Of a stretch of DNA of 54,177 nt, positions 1 to 12,401 are shown in pieces. This DNA is from Methylotenera sp. 24-45-7. Lineage in GTDB: Bacteria > Pseudomonadota > Gammaproteobacteria > Burkholderiales > Methylophilaceae. Position numbers and translations under genes: made by a program. The notes below the pieces were generated by a model that was not told where the DNA came from, searched no databases, and was given only the letters and a program-made list of their open reading frames with translations. The stretch covers positions 1-54,177 of the forward strand of contig NCHI01000001.1 in assembly GCA_002281815.1 (NCBI GenBank), given 5' to 3'. Numbering within the stretch: position 1 is the first letter of the stretch; each line of letters starts with the position of its first letter.

Positions 1-62
1 TAAAAGCGCTATTTTAACCTACAGAAGTCATTTTTTCTTTAAACATACACTTTAGAAACAAA

Positions 63-2291
63 TTGCCGCCCTCTATACTCAAAATTGCACTTGATGTGCC
101 GCTAGACCGTTTATTTGATTATTTAAACGGCGACCATTTAAGTGAAAATCGGCACGTACAAATCGGCCAGCGTGTGCTGGTGCCGTTCGGCAATCGTAAT
201 CAAATCGGCATTGTCATGGCAATCGCTGATAGTAGCGATGTGCCGCTGGAAAAGCTTAAGCCGATTGCTCAAGCATTCACTGCAGAAACGCCGCTGGATG
301 CCGAGATGCTGGCGCTAATCAAATTCAGCGCTGACTATTATCAATATCCGTTTGGGCAGGCTTTGCTGTCTGCATTGCCTGCACGTTTGCGCCAAATTGC
401 CCCAGCCGTGTCACGTAAGCAATATTGCTATCACCTGACAGATGCAGGCATTGCTGCTGATGTAGAACAAATCCCAAAAAAACAAAAAGTATTGCGCAAT
501 GTATTGGCAACTTTGCAAACTGCCAAGCAGCTAACAGAGGCAGAATTGGATGAAATTTCAGGCACGGCGCGTAAAGCAGTCAAAGCATTAGTAGATTTAG
601 GTTTTGCTGCCAGTGAGCAAGTGCTGGCGTTGCAACGTGTCATGGTGACAACACCCTCTGAAGCGCCGCAACTTAATGATGAGCAAGCGCATGCTGTGCA
701 AACTATTATGGCGCAACCGCACATTTTCAATGCATGGTTACTAAACGGCATTACCGGCAGCGGAAAAACCGAAGTTTACATACGTTTAATGCAACAAGTG
801 TTGCAGCAGCCAGACGCACAGATTTTGGTACTAGTGCCAGAAATCAACCTCACACCGCAACTCGAAGCGCGCTTTAGAAGTCGGCTGCCAAGCTTTCCAT
901 TGGTAAGTTTGCACAGTAACTTGAGCGAGAGTGAACGCTTACACCACTGGCAGTTGGCGCAGTCGGGCGTGGCCAAAATCATTATCGGTACCCGCCTCTC
1001 CATTTTTACGCCATTGCCTAATCTTAAACTACTGATTATTGATGAAGAGCACGACAGCTCTTATAAGCAACAAGACAGCATGCGCTACCATGCGCGCGAT
1101 GTGGCAATGGTGCGCGCCAAGCGCTTGAATATTCCAGTGGTGTTGGGGTCTGCCACGCCCGCGCTGGAAACTTGGTACAACGCTACAGTCAACCCTAATC
1201 AGGCCAGCCGTTATGGCTTGTTGCGCCTAAAGCAACGCGCAGTTACCGCCGCACAATTGCCGCAGATTGATTGCATTGATACCACCAAAGTGAATCTGCA
1301 ACATGGCTTAACGCCGCAACTGATTACAGCGCTTAAATTAAGATTGCAACGCAAAGAGCAGTCGCTATTATTTATCAACCGACGTGGTTATTCGCCAGTG
1401 TTGTTGTGTGCCGCTTGCCATTGGATTGCGCCCTGCTCCCGATGCAGCAGTCGTTTGGTCGTACATTTAGGCCAAAGAAAATTACGCTGCCACCATTGCG
1501 GTCATGAGCAGCGTATTCCGCAGCAATGCCCAAGCTGTGGCGATGCTGATTTGCACCCCACCGGACACGGCACACAAAGGTTGGAACAAACGCTGGCGCA
1601 ACTGTTACCCACTGCGCGCATTGCCAGAGTGGATCGCGATAGCGTGAGCCGCAAAGATGCATTAGTAGATATTCTGGACAAAGTACATCGCCAAGAGATT
1701 GATATTTTGGTGGGCACGCAAATGCTGGCTAAAGGCCATGATTTCCCTAATTTGACTTTAGTGGGGGTGATAGACACCGATAGCGCGCTGCACAGCCCAG
1801 ATTTTCGTGCCAGCGAGCGTTTATTCGCACAGTTGATGCAGGTAGCAGGCCGTGCAGGCCGCGCTGATAAAGCAGGTCAGGTGATTATTCAAACCCAGTT
1901 TCCAGAGCATGCTTTATTTAACGCACTACGCGTGCAAGACTATGAAAGCTATGCGGATGTTTTGCTGCACGAACGTGAGCAAATGCAGTTTCCGCCCTAT
2001 GTGTTCACCGCGCTGCTGCGTGCAGAAGCAAATGATTACAGCCTAGTACAACAATTTTTGCAGCTGGCATTTGCCCATGCGCGTAGCCTGAGTGAGCAAG
2101 TGCTGGTGTATGACCCGGTACGCCCGCAGATGGAACGCTTAAAAGGCATGGAGCGCGGCTATTTGCTATTGCAGGCAAAGCAGCGCCCAGCGTTACAACA
2201 AGTACTTAAGCAGTTAGTCACCCTGATGCGCGCAAATAAATTAGCAAATAAAGTCCGCTGGGCTGTGGATGTCAATCCATTGGAATTCTAA
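63..2291 (+). CDS. priA: Primosomal protein N' (replication restart helicase)
   Basis: 742 aa. Walker A GITGSGKT, DEEH, GSATP, two CxxC-pair zinc motifs, GTQMLAKGHDF, QVAGRAGR. TTG start. Confidence 0.97.
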   Translation: MPPSILKIALDVPLDRLFDYLNGDHLSENRHVQIGQRVLVPFGNRNQIGIVMAIADSSDVPLEKLKPIAQAFTAETPLDAEMLALIKFSADYYQYPFGQALLSALPARLRQIAPAVSRKQYCYHLTDAGIAADVEQIPKKQKVLRNVLATLQTAKQLTEAELDEISGTARKAVKALVDLGFAASEQVLALQRVMVTTPSEAPQLNDEQAHAVQTIMAQPHIFNAWLLNGITGSGKTEVYIRLMQQVLQQPDAQILVLVPEINLTPQLEARFRSRLPSFPLVSLHSNLSESERLHHWQLAQSGVAKIIIGTRLSIFTPLPNLKLLIIDEEHDSSYKQQDSMRYHARDVAMVRAKRLNIPVVLGSATPALETWYNATVNPNQASRYGLLRLKQRAVTAAQLPQIDCIDTTKVNLQHGLTPQLITALKLRLQRKEQSLLFINRRGYSPVLLCAACHWIAPCSRCSSRLVVHLGQRKLRCHHCGHEQRIPQQCPSCGDADLHPTGHGTQRLEQTLAQLLPTARIARVDRDSVSRKDALVDILDKVHRQEIDILVGTQMLAKGHDFPNLTLVGVIDTDSALHSPDFRASERLFAQLMQVAGRAGRADKAGQVIIQTQFPEHALFNALRVQDYESYADVLLHEREQMQFPPYVFTALLRAEANDYSLVQQFLQLAFAHARSLSEQVLVYDPVRPQMERLKGMERGYLLLQAKQRPALQQVLKQLVTLMRANKLANKVRWAVDVNPLEF

Positions 2292-2358
2292 ATCCATAAG
2301 ATCAGTGACTACAGTCCGCAACAGTGGCTACACAAAATGCAGTAAAATGTCACATTAT

Positions 2359-2432
2359 GCGGGTGTAGTTCAATGGTAGAACGCTAGCTTCCCAAGCTCG
2401 ATACGCGGGTTCGATTCCCGTCACCCGCTCCA
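2359..2432 (+). tRNA. tRNA-Gly (anticodon CCC)
   Basis: Folds as a cloverleaf: acceptor GCGGGTG/CACCCGC, D-arm GTTC/GAAC, anticodon loop TTCCCAA (CCC at 2391-2393), T-loop TTCGATT, encoded CCA end. Confidence 0.97.
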
Positions 2433-2448
2433 ATTTAAGTAAATATCA

Positions 2449-3321
2449 GTGATTAAAATTATGGCCAATCTTGCACCACCTTCAGTAATGACTTTTGCGG
2501 GCACAGACCCCAGCGGCGGCGCGGGCTTGCAAGCAGATATTTTGACTTTTGCCAGCATTGGCTGCCATCCGCTATCCGTGGTCACTGCAATCACCACGCA
2601 AGATACGGTGGGCGTAGATGGCGTGTTGGCGATGGATTCAGAGTGGGTTAATGACCAAGCGCGTGCGATTTTAGAAGATGTACAAGTGTCTGCGTTTAAG
2701 CTAGGCCTGCTCGGTTCGGTAGAAAACATTGCGGTCATCGCGGAAATCATGGCGGATTATCCGGACGTGCCATTACTGATAGACCCGATTTTAACTTCAG
2801 GCCGTGGTGATGATTTATCTAGCGATGAAATGATGGATGCCATGATTGAATTATTGTTTCCGCAGGCTACCTTGATTACCCCTAATAGTTTGGAAGCGCG
2901 TCGCTTCGCTTTTAACGATGAATCTGAAGAAATGGCGCATACGTCTTTGGATGAAGCGGCTGCAAGATTGCTGAGCATGGGCAGTGAATATGTGCTGATT
3001 ACTGGCACGCATGAGCGCACGCAAGAAGTGACTAACACGCTGTACGGCGAAGACAAGCTGATTAAAGCTTACAAGTGGGAGCGCTTGTTGGGTAGCTATC
3101 ATGGTTCTGGCTGTACGCTCACCAGTGCTATCGCAGCTTGCATGGCGCATGGTTTGAGTATTGAAGATGCAGTGCTGGAGGCGCAAGAATATACATGGCA
3201 AACGCTTAAAAACGGCTTCAGACCGGGTATGGGGCAATATATTCCGGATCGTATGTTCTGGGCGCGTGATGAAGAAGATCCGGTAATAAATCCCGGCGAC
3301 GGTAGCGTAAAAGCGCACTAG
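2449..3321 (+). CDS. thiD: Hydroxymethylpyrimidine/phosphomethylpyrimidine kinase (start may be ATG 2461)
   Basis: AGTDPSGGAGLQAD, LITPN and HGSGCTL ribokinase-family motifs; adjacent to thiE. Confidence 0.92.
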   Translation: MIKIMANLAPPSVMTFAGTDPSGGAGLQADILTFASIGCHPLSVVTAITTQDTVGVDGVLAMDSEWVNDQARAILEDVQVSAFKLGLLGSVENIAVIAEIMADYPDVPLLIDPILTSGRGDDLSSDEMMDAMIELLFPQATLITPNSLEARRFAFNDESEEMAHTSLDEAAARLLSMGSEYVLITGTHERTQEVTNTLYGEDKLIKAYKWERLLGSYHGSGCTLTSAIAACMAHGLSIEDAVLEAQEYTWQTLKNGFRPGMGQYIPDRMFWARDEEDPVINPGDGSVKAH

Positions 3322-3330
3322 GTTAGCCTG

Positions 3331-3975
3331 ATGCAACACAAAGCTGCAATTCGAGGCGTCTATGCGATTACGCCAGACGAAGCCAATACAGACATCATGC
3401 TGGCAAAAGTTGAGGCGGCGTTACAAGGCGGTATTCATGTGCTGCAATACCGCAACAAACTCGCTAATCACAAGCTGCAAAGGCAGCAGGCGCGTCTGCT
3501 ATTGCCCATGTGCCGGCAATATAATGTGCCACTGATTATTAACGACTCCATTAAGCTTTGTATGACTTTAGATGCTGATGGCGTACATTTGGGCGCAGAT
3601 GACGGCAATTTGGCTGAAGCTCGCCAGCGTTTGGGTGCAAATAAGATTTTGGGTGCGTCGTGCTATAACCGCCTGGATTTAGCGTTGGCTGCTGCGCAAG
3701 CAGGTGCTGATTATGCAGCTTTCGGTGCTTGTTTTGCTTCAGGCACTAAGCCTAATGCGCCGGTGGCAGCGCTGAGTTTGTTTAATGATGCCAAGCACTC
3801 AGTCAATATTCCGCTGGTAGCGATTGGCGGCATCACGTTACAAAATGCCCCACTTGCAATGGCTGCCGGAGCTGACGCAATTGCCGTAGTCGGCGCTTTG
3901 TTTAATGTAAACAATAATGCTCAACAAATTGTGCGTGCAGCCCAGGATTTCTCGGCAGTGTTTGATATGCATTAA
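3331..3975 (+). CDS. thiE: Thiamine-phosphate synthase
   Basis: QYRNK, LIIND, DGVHLG, GASC, FASGTK and AIGGI motifs. Confidence 0.95.
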   Translation: MQHKAAIRGVYAITPDEANTDIMLAKVEAALQGGIHVLQYRNKLANHKLQRQQARLLLPMCRQYNVPLIINDSIKLCMTLDADGVHLGADDGNLAEARQRLGANKILGASCYNRLDLALAAAQAGADYAAFGACFASGTKPNAPVAALSLFNDAKHSVNIPLVAIGGITLQNAPLAMAAGADAIAVVGALFNVNNNAQQIVRAAQDFSAVFDMH

Positions 3976-4017
3976 ATAGCCAGTTTGGCTTTCATGGAAC
4001 AATCCGCTTTCGCTTAA

Positions 4018-4803
4018 ATGGGGGAGTATGTGATGGCCAAAGAGTTATTTAATAATGGTAGCCATGTTTGTATAGTATTCAATGACTTGGCGGATAAATC
4101 ATCGTCAGAAGCAGTGCAGTCCAATCAGTTTTTGATTGTGACGGATGGGCATGGTGCATTGATTGATCCTGGCGGCAATATGACTTATAACGCCTTGATG
4201 GTAGGCATGGGTAAGTATTTTAATTTCCGTAAATTAGAATATATTCTGGCATCACATCAAGATCCGGACATCGTAGCCTCGATTAATAAATGGCTAATCG
4301 GCACTGAGTGCACCGTGATGGCGCCGGCGATTTGGGAGCGTTTTTTGCCACATTTTTGCGGTGTAGGCAATACCGATAATCGTATTATTGGTATTCCGGA
4401 TGCAGGTATGGATATCAAGTTGGGCAATACGATTATAAAAGCCTTGCCGGCGCACTTTTTGCATTCGGAAGGTAATTTCCAGTTTTATGATGTTGCCAGT
4501 AAAATTCTGTTTTCCGGTGATTTGGGCGCATCACTGGTGTCAGCAGATTTGGCGATTGAGCCAGTGACAGATTTTAACGCGCATTTGCCGGCAATGTTGG
4601 GCTTTCACAGAAGATATATGACTTCCAACAAGGCTTGTCGCTATTGGGCAAATATGGTGCGCACATTGGATATTGAATCTATTGTGCCGCAACACGGTCG
4701 ACCATTTGTGGGCAAGGCGATGGTGAACCAGTTTATCGCATGGATAGAAGGTCTCGAATGTGGGATCGATTTAATGACGCAAGACAATTACAAGGTACCT
4801 TGA
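4018..4803 (+). CDS. Metallo-beta-lactamase-fold diiron protein, ODP/flavodiiron N-domain-like (start probably 4030 or 4033)
   Basis: [18 protein letters not shown] and PQHG motifs; no flavodoxin domain. GGGGAG RBS at 4021-4026. Confidence 0.8.
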   Translation: MGEYVMAKELFNNGSHVCIVFNDLADKSSSEAVQSNQFLIVTDGHGALIDPGGNMTYNALMVGMGKYFNFRKLEYILASHQDPDIVASINKWLIGTECTVMAPAIWERFLPHFCGVGNTDNRIIGIPDAGMDIKLGNTIIKALPAHFLHSEGNFQFYDVASKILFSGDLGASLVSADLAIEPVTDFNAHLPAMLGFHRRYMTSNKACRYWANMVRTLDIESIVPQHGRPFVGKAMVNQFIAWIEGLECGIDLMTQDNYKVP

Positions 4804-4810
4804 AAGAAAA

Positions 4811-6103
4811 ATGATGACATCTCAAAACCAGCAATTATTTGAAAAATCGCAACAATTGATCCCTGGTGGTGTAAATTCGCCAGTGCGTGCTTTTCGCAGC
4901 GTGGGCGGCACCCCGGTTTTTTTCAAAAAAGGGCTGGGTTCTCGATTATGGGATGTGGATGGTAAGGAATATATCGATTACATCAACTCATGGGGGCCTA
5001 TGATTTTAGGGCATGCGCACCCAGAGGTGATTAAAGCGGTGCAAGCAGTGGCTGCCAATAGTTTGTCGTTTGGTGCGCCAACCGGCTTGGAGCTAGAAAT
5101 TGCAGAGCTGATTAATAAACTGGTGCCTAGCATGGAGCAGGTGCGTTTAGTCAGCAGTGGTACAGAAGCTACCATGAGTGCAATTCGTGTGGCGCGTGGT
5201 TTCACCAAGCGTAATAAAATCGTTAAGTTTGAGGGTTGCTATCACGGCCATTCCGATGCCTTGCTGGTGAAAGCGGGTTCTGGCTTGTTAACTTTTGGTG
5301 AGCCTAGCTCTGCTGGCGTGCCGCCTGAAGTGGCTGCACACACCTTGACTTTGGAATATAACAACACGCAACAGTTGCGCGAGTTGTTTGAGAAAATAGG
5401 CAACGAAATTGCCTGTGTGATTATTGAGCCTGTGGTTGGCAATATGAATTTGGTCGTGCCACACATGGAATTTCTGCAAACTTTACGTGAGTTGTGTACC
5501 AAGCACGGCACGGTATTGATTTTTGATGAAGTCATGACCGGTTTCCGCGTGCATTTAGGTGGTGCACAGGCTTTATATAACATCAAGCCGGATATGACCA
5601 CTTTGGGTAAAGTGATTGGCGGCGGCTTGCCGGTGGGTGCCTTCGGTGGCCGCAAAGACATCATGCAATGCTTGGCGCCTTTGGGTGCGGTGTATCAGGC
5701 AGGTACTTTATCGGGCAATCCAGTTGCGGTAACTGCGGGTTTGGCCACCTTGAAGCAAATTCAGGCGCCAGGCTTTCATGATAAATTGGCTGCGCAAACC
5801 AAGAAGTTGGTTGATGGTTTAGTTGCGGCTGCAAAAGAAGCAGGAGTTGTATTCAGTGCACAAAATGTGGGCGGTATGTTTGGTCTGTATTTCAGTGAGC
5901 AATGCCCAAGCAGCTTTGCGGAAGTGATGTTAACGGATAAAGAACGCTTTAATAAATTCTTCCATTTGATGTTGGATGCCGGTATTTACCTAGGCCCGTC
6001 TGCGTTCGAAGCGGGCTTTGTATCAATTGCGCATACAGACGAGGATATTGCTTTAACTATTGCCGCTGCTAAAAAGGCCTTCGCTCAACTCGCGGCGCAC
6101 TAA
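4811..6103 (+). CDS. hemL: Glutamate-1-semialdehyde 2,1-aminomutase
   Basis: [37 protein letters not shown] and QAGTLSGNP. Confidence 0.97.
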   Translation: MMTSQNQQLFEKSQQLIPGGVNSPVRAFRSVGGTPVFFKKGLGSRLWDVDGKEYIDYINSWGPMILGHAHPEVIKAVQAVAANSLSFGAPTGLELEIAELINKLVPSMEQVRLVSSGTEATMSAIRVARGFTKRNKIVKFEGCYHGHSDALLVKAGSGLLTFGEPSSAGVPPEVAAHTLTLEYNNTQQLRELFEKIGNEIACVIIEPVVGNMNLVVPHMEFLQTLRELCTKHGTVLIFDEVMTGFRVHLGGAQALYNIKPDMTTLGKVIGGGLPVGAFGGRKDIMQCLAPLGAVYQAGTLSGNPVAVTAGLATLKQIQAPGFHDKLAAQTKKLVDGLVAAAKEAGVVFSAQNVGGMFGLYFSEQCPSSFAEVMLTDKERFNKFFHLMLDAGIYLGPSAFEAGFVSIAHTDEDIALTIAAAKKAFAQLAAH

Positions 6104-6159
6104 ACTGGTTTGCGTCAGACTGCGTAAGGCTTTCCTGTTGAACAGATAATCATAAATAT

Positions 6160-6252
6160 TAAGGATTATTACGAAAATAATCCTTATCTTTCACATCTAT
6201 CTTATTGAACTCATAGACATTTAGCGGTAAACTTGAAGGTTCCGCTAAATGT
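6160..6252 (+). promoter_or_regulatory. Putative sigma70 promoter of gltBD with two 11-bp inverted repeats
   Basis: TTGAAC(6205-6210)-N17-TAAACT(6228-6233). IR ACATTTAGCGG(6217-6227)/CCGCTAAATGT(6242-6252) brackets the -10. Second IR TAAGGATTATT(6160-6170)/AATAATCCTTA(6176-6186). Confidence 0.45.
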
Positions 6253-6268
6253 TTCGTGATTAGATAAA

Positions 6269-9200
6269 ATGGCATCAGAATTAAGCAACGCAATTGGTTT
6301 AGAAACCACACTCACCACAGCTAACAACAAGGATGCTATGCATGCAGGTCACAGACCGGCAAAGCAGGGTCTATATCGCCCTTCGAATGAGCGCGATGCT
6401 TGTGGTGTTGGCTTTGTAGCACATATCAAGGGTAAAAAAAGTCACGACATCGTGAGTAAAGGTTTGGAGTTGTTAACCAACCTCACTCATCGTGGCGCAA
6501 CCGGTTATGACCCTAAATTGGGCGATGGCGCTGGTTTGTTGATGCAATTGCCTGACGCTTTTATGCGCAAAGAGGCAGCTAAGCTTGGTATTGCGCTGCC
6601 AGCGGCGGGTCAATATGCAGTGGGTAACGTGTTTTTGCCACAAGATGCAAAAAATCGTGCAGCCTGTGAAGCGCTATTCACAAAAATTATCGCCGAAGAA
6701 AATCAAACGCTACTAGGCTGGCGCGATGTACCAGTCGATAACAGCAATATCGCACAAGCAGCGCGTGATGTTGAGCCAACCATGCGTCAGGTGTTTGTTG
6801 CCAGCACCAGTGCTGACCAGACCGTGTTCGAGCGCAAGTTGTTTGTGATCCGTAAACGCATCGAACATGCAGTAACTGCGCTTAACTTGCAGGATAATGC
6901 AGCGTTCTATATGCCTTCTCTGTCTTCACGTACCATTGTTTACAAGGGTATGTTGTTGGCAAACGAAGTGGGTGTGTACTACAAAGACCTGACTGACGAA
7001 ACCGTCGTTTCAGCGTTAGCTCTGGTACATCAGCGTTTTTCAACTAATACTTTCCCAGCTTGGGATTTGGCGCATCCGTTCCGCATGATTGCGCACAACG
7101 GCGAAATTAATACCGTACAAGGCAACGTAAACTGGATGGCAGCGCGTCACGAAGCGATGCGTTCAGCGATGTTGGGTGATGACCTTGAGAAGTTATGGCC
7201 ATTGATTGCAGAAGGTCAGTCTGACTCTGCATGTTTTGATAACTGTTTAGAATTATTGGTGGCCGGTGGTTACAGTTTGCCACATGCGATGATGATGTTG
7301 ATTCCTGAAGCTTGGGGCGCCAAAGACGCAACCGGCGCTTATTTGATGGATGATGAGCGTCGTGCGTTTTATGAATACCACGCAGCATTGATGGAGCCAT
7401 GGGATGGCCCAGCTGCGGTTGCGTTTACTGACGGTAACATGATTGGCGCCACACTAGACCGAAATGGTCTGCGTCCAGCACGCTATTTAGTCACCGATGA
7501 CGACTTGGTGATGATGGCGTCTGAAATGGGTGTGTTGACTTTCCCACAAGAAAAAATCGTTAAAAAATGGCGTTTAGAGCCAGGCAAAATGTTGCTGATT
7601 GATACGGTTCAAGGCCGCATTATTGATGATGCAGAAGTGAAGCAGCAACTAGCTACCGCTAAGCCTTATAAACAATGGATTGCCGAGTCACGTTACTTCT
7701 TAAGCGATATGCCTAAAGTAGATGCTGATCTGAAATTGTCAGCTAGCTTGCTCGATTCACAGCAAGCGTTTGGTTACACCCAGGAAGATATTAAATTCCT
7801 GTTGCAACCTATGGTGCAAAGCGGTGAAGAAGCGATTGGTTCTATGGGCAACGACGCGGCATTGCCAGTGTTGTCAGCCAAACCAAAAGTGTTATACAAC
7901 TACTTCAAACAATTGTTTGCGCAAGTGACTAACCCACCTATCGACCCGATTCGTGAAGAGTTGGTGATGTCATTGGTGACATTCATTGGTCCAAAACCAA
8001 ACTTGTTGGGCATAGATGAAACCAAGCCGCCTATGCGTTTGGAAGCTAGCCAACCAGTATTAATGCTGGACGAATTAGAGCAATTAAAATCTATCGCCAA
8101 GCTTACCAATAACCAATACAAATCGATGGTGTTGGACATTACTTACCCGGCAACGCAAGGTAAAGAGGCCATGGCGGCGGCAATTGCCAGCATCACCAGC
8201 GCGGCTGAAAAAGCTGTGCAAGATGGTTATAACATTTTGATTTTGTCAGATAGAGCGATGGGTGCTGAACGCGTGGCGATTCCTGCGCTTCTTGCTTGTT
8301 CTGCAACGCATGAGCATCTGGTCAAAGCCGGTTTAAGAACCAGCACTGGCTTGGTGGTTGATACCGGCTCAGCGCGTGAAGTGCATCACTTTGCCTTGTT
8401 GGCAGGTTACGGTGCTGAGGCAGTTTGCCCATGGCTGATCTTTGAAACCATCAAGGGCATGAGTGCTGACAGCTACCAAGGTAATAAAAACTTTGTGAAG
8501 GCTGTGAGCAAAGGCTTGTACAAAGTGATGTCTAAAATGGGCATCTCTACATATCAATCTTATTGCGGTGCGCAAATTTTTGAAGCCATCGGTTTAAATA
8601 CTAAATTTGTTGAAGAGTATTTCACTGGCACTATCACCAATATTGAAGGTATTGGTTTAGATCAAGTGGCTGAAGAGGCAGTACGCTTGCACACTGCCGC
8701 ATTCGGTACTGACCCAGTATTGGCAAACAGCCTAGATGCGGGTGGTGAATATGCATTCCGTATTCGCGGCGAAGAGCATACCTGGACACCAGAATCGATT
8801 GCGAAACTGCAAAACGCAACGCGTACCAACCAATTTGATACTTATAAAGAATACGCAAAACTGATTAACGACCAAACGCGTCGTCACATGACTTTGCGTG
8901 GTTTGTTTGAAGTAAAACCAGCCGGTGCTGCGATTCCTTTAGATGCTGTAGAGCCAGCCAAGGAAATCGTGAAACGTTTTGCAACTGGCGCGATGTCACT
9001 GGGTTCAATCTCAACTGAAGCACACACTACTTTGGCGATTGCCATGAACCGTATCGGTGGCAAGTCAAACACCGGTGAAGGTGGCGAAGACCAAAAACGT
9101 TTTATTCCAATTTCTAGCGACACCACTGTTGCTGACATTATTGGTGCATCTCGTATTGAATCTAACATTCCGCTTAAAGCGGGTGATTCAATGCGTTCAG

Positions 9201-10963
9201 CAATTAAGCAGGTGGCATCGGGTCGTTTTGGTGTGACTGCTGAATACTTGGCGAATGCAGACCAAATTCAAATCAAAATGGCACAAGGTGCGAAACCGGG
9301 TGAGGGCGGTCAATTGCCGGGTCACAAGGTCAGTGAGTACATCGCAAAATTGCGTTTCTCTGTACCTGGCGTAGGCTTAATTTCTCCACCACCACACCAT
9401 GACATTTATTCAATTGAAGACTTGGCGCAGCTGATTCACGATTTGAAAAATGCAAATCCTAAAGCCTCAATTTCAGTAAAACTGGTTTCAGAATCAGGCG
9501 TGGGTACTGTGGCAGCAGGCGTAGCAAAAGCTAAATCTGATCACATCGTAATTGCAGGTCACGATGGTGGTACGGGTGCTTCACCGCTTTCATCTGTGAA
9601 ACATGCAGGCGCACCATGGGAATTAGGTTTATCAGAAACCCAGCAAACTTTGGTGCTGAACCAATTGCGCGGTCGTGTAGTGGTGCAAGTAGATGGCCAA
9701 ATGAAAACTGGCCGTGACGTGCTAATCGGCGCATTGTTAGGTGCAGATGAGTTTGGTTTTGCTACTGCACCGCTGGTGGTTGAAGGTTGTATCATGATGC
9801 GTAAATGTCATCTGAATACCTGCCCGGTTGGCGTAGCAACACAAGACCCTGAACTGCGTAAACGCTTTACCGGTCAGCCAGAGCATGTGGTGAACTACTT
9901 CTTCTTTGTGGCTGAAGAAGTGCGTGAGTATATGGCTTCAATGGGTATTGCTAAATTTGAAGACTTAATCGGCCGTGTAGATTTGCTGGATATGCAAGCG
10001 GGTATCGACCATTGGAAAATCAATGGTTTGGATTTCAGCAAAATATTCCATCAACCAGATATGCCAGCCAGTGTTTCACGTAAAAACAATGACGTGCAAG
10101 ACCACGGCTTGGTCAACGCGCTGGATAACAAATTAGTTGCGCTAGCAAAACCAGCGCTGGAAAAAGGCGAAAAAGTGGTGCTGGATCTGCCAATCACCAA
10201 CACTAACCGTACCGTAGGCACCATGTTGTCTAACCAGGTTGCTACACGCTATGGTAACGCAGGACTGCCAAACGACACCATACACGTCAACTTTACTGGT
10301 ACTTCAGGCCAAAGTTTCGCGGCGTTCTTGGCCAATGGTATTACTTTCAACCTGACTGGCGAAGGTAACGACTACGTGGGTAAAGGCTTGTGTGGCGGTC
10401 GTATTGTAATTAAACCGCCAACAGCATTCCGTGGCATTTCATACCAAAACATCATTGTCGGTAACGCAGTCATGTACGGTGCAACAACCGGTGAAAGTTA
10501 TTTCAGCGGCGTTGCGGGTGAGCGTTTCTGTGTGCGTAACTCAGGTGCTACCGCAGTGGTTGAAGGCGTAGGTAACCACGGTTGTGAATATATGACGGGT
10601 GGTACTGTTGTCGTGTTAGGTAACACCGGCCAAAACTTCGCTGCAGGTATGAGCGGTGGTGTGGCTTATGTGTACGACGAAGACGGCAAATTTGCCAAAC
10701 GTTGCAATATGAACATGGTGGCTTTAGAGAAAGTTGAACCTGCCGATACTGCCATCGGTAAAATTCAGCACTTGAACCAGCCAGATGAAGTCATCTTGAA
10801 AACACTGGTTCAAAATCACGCCAATTACACTGCCAGCCCACGCGCGCAAGAAATTCTTGCAAACTGGGAAACTGCGCGTGCGAAGTTTGTCAAAGTAATG
10901 CCTAATGAATATAAACGTGCCTTAACAGAATTGGCCGCAGCAGCAAGCAAGGAAGCCGCATAA
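6269..10963 (+). CDS. gltB: Glutamate synthase large subunit (start probably ATG 6338 after AAGGA)
   Basis: Ntn cysteine in [36 protein letters not shown], [3Fe-4S] motif [14 protein letters not shown]-terminal GXGXG domain. Confidence 0.98.
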   Translation: MASELSNAIGLETTLTTANNKDAMHAGHRPAKQGLYRPSNERDACGVGFVAHIKGKKSHDIVSKGLELLTNLTHRGATGYDPKLGDGAGLLMQLPDAFMRKEAAKLGIALPAAGQYAVGNVFLPQDAKNRAACEALFTKIIAEENQTLLGWRDVPVDNSNIAQAARDVEPTMRQVFVASTSADQTVFERKLFVIRKRIEHAVTALNLQDNAAFYMPSLSSRTIVYKGMLLANEVGVYYKDLTDETVVSALALVHQRFSTNTFPAWDLAHPFRMIAHNGEINTVQGNVNWMAARHEAMRSAMLGDDLEKLWPLIAEGQSDSACFDNCLELLVAGGYSLPHAMMMLIPEAWGAKDATGAYLMDDERRAFYEYHAALMEPWDGPAAVAFTDGNMIGATLDRNGLRPARYLVTDDDLVMMASEMGVLTFPQEKIVKKWRLEPGKMLLIDTVQGRIIDDAEVKQQLATAKPYKQWIAESRYFLSDMPKVDADLKLSASLLDSQQAFGYTQEDIKFLLQPMVQSGEEAIGSMGNDAALPVLSAKPKVLYNYFKQLFAQVTNPPIDPIREELVMSLVTFIGPKPNLLGIDETKPPMRLEASQPVLMLDELEQLKSIAKLTNNQYKSMVLDITYPATQGKEAMAAAIASITSAAEKAVQDGYNILILSDRAMGAERVAIPALLACSATHEHLVKAGLRTSTGLVVDTGSAREVHHFALLAGYGAEAVCPWLIFETIKGMSADSYQGNKNFVKAVSKGLYKVMSKMGISTYQSYCGAQIFEAIGLNTKFVEEYFTGTITNIEGIGLDQVAEEAVRLHTAAFGTDPVLANSLDAGGEYAFRIRGEEHTWTPESIAKLQNATRTNQFDTYKEYAKLINDQTRRHMTLRGLFEVKPAGAAIPLDAVEPAKEIVKRFATGAMSLGSISTEAHTTLAIAMNRIGGKSNTGEGGEDQKRFIPISSDTTVADIIGASRIESNIPLKAGDSMRSAIKQVASGRFGVTAEYLANADQIQIKMAQGAKPGEGGQLPGHKVSEYIAKLRFSVPGVGLISPPPHHDIYSIEDLAQLIHDLKNANPKASISVKLVSESGVGTVAAGVAKAKSDHIVIAGHDGGTGASPLSSVKHAGAPWELGLSETQQTLVLNQLRGRVVVQVDGQMKTGRDVLIGALLGADEFGFATAPLVVEGCIMMRKCHLNTCPVGVATQDPELRKRFTGQPEHVVNYFFFVAEEVREYMASMGIAKFEDLIGRVDLLDMQAGIDHWKINGLDFSKIFHQPDMPASVSRKNNDVQDHGLVNALDNKLVALAKPALEKGEKVVLDLPITNTNRTVGTMLSNQVATRYGNAGLPNDTIHVNFTGTSGQSFAAFLANGITFNLTGEGNDYVGKGLCGGRIVIKPPTAFRGISYQNIIVGNAVMYGATTGESYFSGVAGERFCVRNSGATAVVEGVGNHGCEYMTGGTVVVLGNTGQNFAAGMSGGVAYVYDEDGKFAKRCNMNMVALEKVEPADTAIGKIQHLNQPDEVILKTLVQNHANYTASPRAQEILANWETARAKFVKVMPNEYKRALTELAAAASKEAA

Positions 10964-12390
10964 TGGGAAAAATCACTGGATTCATGGAATACAAACGTCT
11001 GGCAGAGGCAAATCTGCCAGTGCCAGACCGTGTTAAAAACTACAAAGAGTTTGTATTACATTTAACTGACGAAGAAGCAAAAGTACAAGGTGCGCGCTGC
11101 ATGGATTGCGGCATCCCATTCTGTACTTCAGGCTGTCCGGTCAATAACATCATTCCTGACTGGAACGACCTGGTTTATCAGCAAGACTGGCGCAGTGCGA
11201 TTGATGTGTTGCATTCAACCAACAATTTCCCTGAATTTACCGGCCGTATCTGCCCTGCACCATGTGAAGCAGCTTGTACTCTCAATATCAATGACGACGC
11301 TGTTGGCATTAAATCTATCGAGCATGCGATTATCGATAAAGCTTGGGAAAATGACTGGGTCACACCACAAATTAATCCCAATAAAACTGGTAAAAAAATT
11401 GCTGTGGTAGGTTCAGGCCCAGCTGGTTTAGCTGCTGCACAGCAGCTGGCACGTGCTGGCCATGATGTTGTTGTGCTGGAAAAAAACAGTCGCGTTGGTG
11501 GTTTGTTGCGTTACGGTATTCCTGATTTCAAGATGGAGAAATCCCATATCGACCGCCGCATGGCGCAGATGACGGCTGAAGGTGTTGAGTTCCGCGTGAA
11601 TCAAAACGTGGGTGAAAACATTAAAGCCGATGATTTGGTTGCCGAGTTTGATGCAGTGTTGCTGGCTGCAGGTGCAGAACAACCACGCGATTTGCCAGTG
11701 CCAGGCCGTGAGTTAGATGGTGTACATTTCGCCATGGACTTTTTGGCACCGCAAAACAAAGTGGTTGCAGGCGATACCATTGATAATCAAATCAAGGCTA
11801 CTGGCAAGCATGTGGTAGTCATTGGTGGCGGTGATACTGGCTCTGACTGTGTAGGTACTTCAAACCGTCATGGCGCGTTGAGCATTTCTCAGTTTGAGTT
11901 AATGCCGCAGCCACCAGAAAAAGAAAACAAAAACCTGGTATGGCCAAACTGGCCACTTAAATTGCGTACTTCAAGTTCTCACGAAGAAGGCGCAAACCGT
12001 GACTGGGCGGTGACTACTAAAGAACTCATCGGTGAAAACGGTAAAGTGGTGGCATTGAAAGCCGCGCGTGTAGAGTGGAAAGACGGCAAAATGGTCGAAG
12101 TACCGGGCTCAGAGTTCACTATGCCAGCAGATTTAGTATTGCTAGCGATGGGTTTTGTGTCGCCAGTGCAAAAATTGTTGGATGTATTTGGTGTGGAAAA
12201 AGACCAACGCGGCAATGCCAAAGCCACTACCGATGGCGAGGGTTGCTACGCTACCAGCAAAGCTAAAGTATTTGCTGCTGGTGACGTGCGTCGTGGTCAG
12301 TCGCTAGTGGTATGGGCGATTCGCGAAGGCCGCCAAGCCGCACGTGCAATTGATGAATTTTTAATGGGAACCTCAACGCTTCCGCGTTAA
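10963..12390 (+). CDS. gltD: Glutamate synthase small subunit
   Basis: [10 protein letters not shown] and GRICPAPCE Fe-S motifs, [28 protein letters not shown] overlap with gltB. Confidence 0.98.
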   Translation: MGKITGFMEYKRLAEANLPVPDRVKNYKEFVLHLTDEEAKVQGARCMDCGIPFCTSGCPVNNIIPDWNDLVYQQDWRSAIDVLHSTNNFPEFTGRICPAPCEAACTLNINDDAVGIKSIEHAIIDKAWENDWVTPQINPNKTGKKIAVVGSGPAGLAAAQQLARAGHDVVVLEKNSRVGGLLRYGIPDFKMEKSHIDRRMAQMTAEGVEFRVNQNVGENIKADDLVAEFDAVLLAAGAEQPRDLPVPGRELDGVHFAMDFLAPQNKVVAGDTIDNQIKATGKHVVVIGGGDTGSDCVGTSNRHGALSISQFELMPQPPEKENKNLVWPNWPLKLRTSSSHEEGANRDWAVTTKELIGENGKVVALKAARVEWKDGKMVEVPGSEFTMPADLVLLAMGFVSPVQKLLDVFGVEKDQRGNAKATTDGEGCYATSKAKVFAAGDVRRGQSLVVWAIREGRQAARAIDEFLMGTSTLPR

Positions 12391-12401
12391 TAAAAACAAT
12401 T

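Noticed and set aside
2359-2460. tRNA-Gly as an integration site
   Set aside because: No integrase follows and I saw no duplicate of the tRNA 3' end in the window; thiD follows directly.
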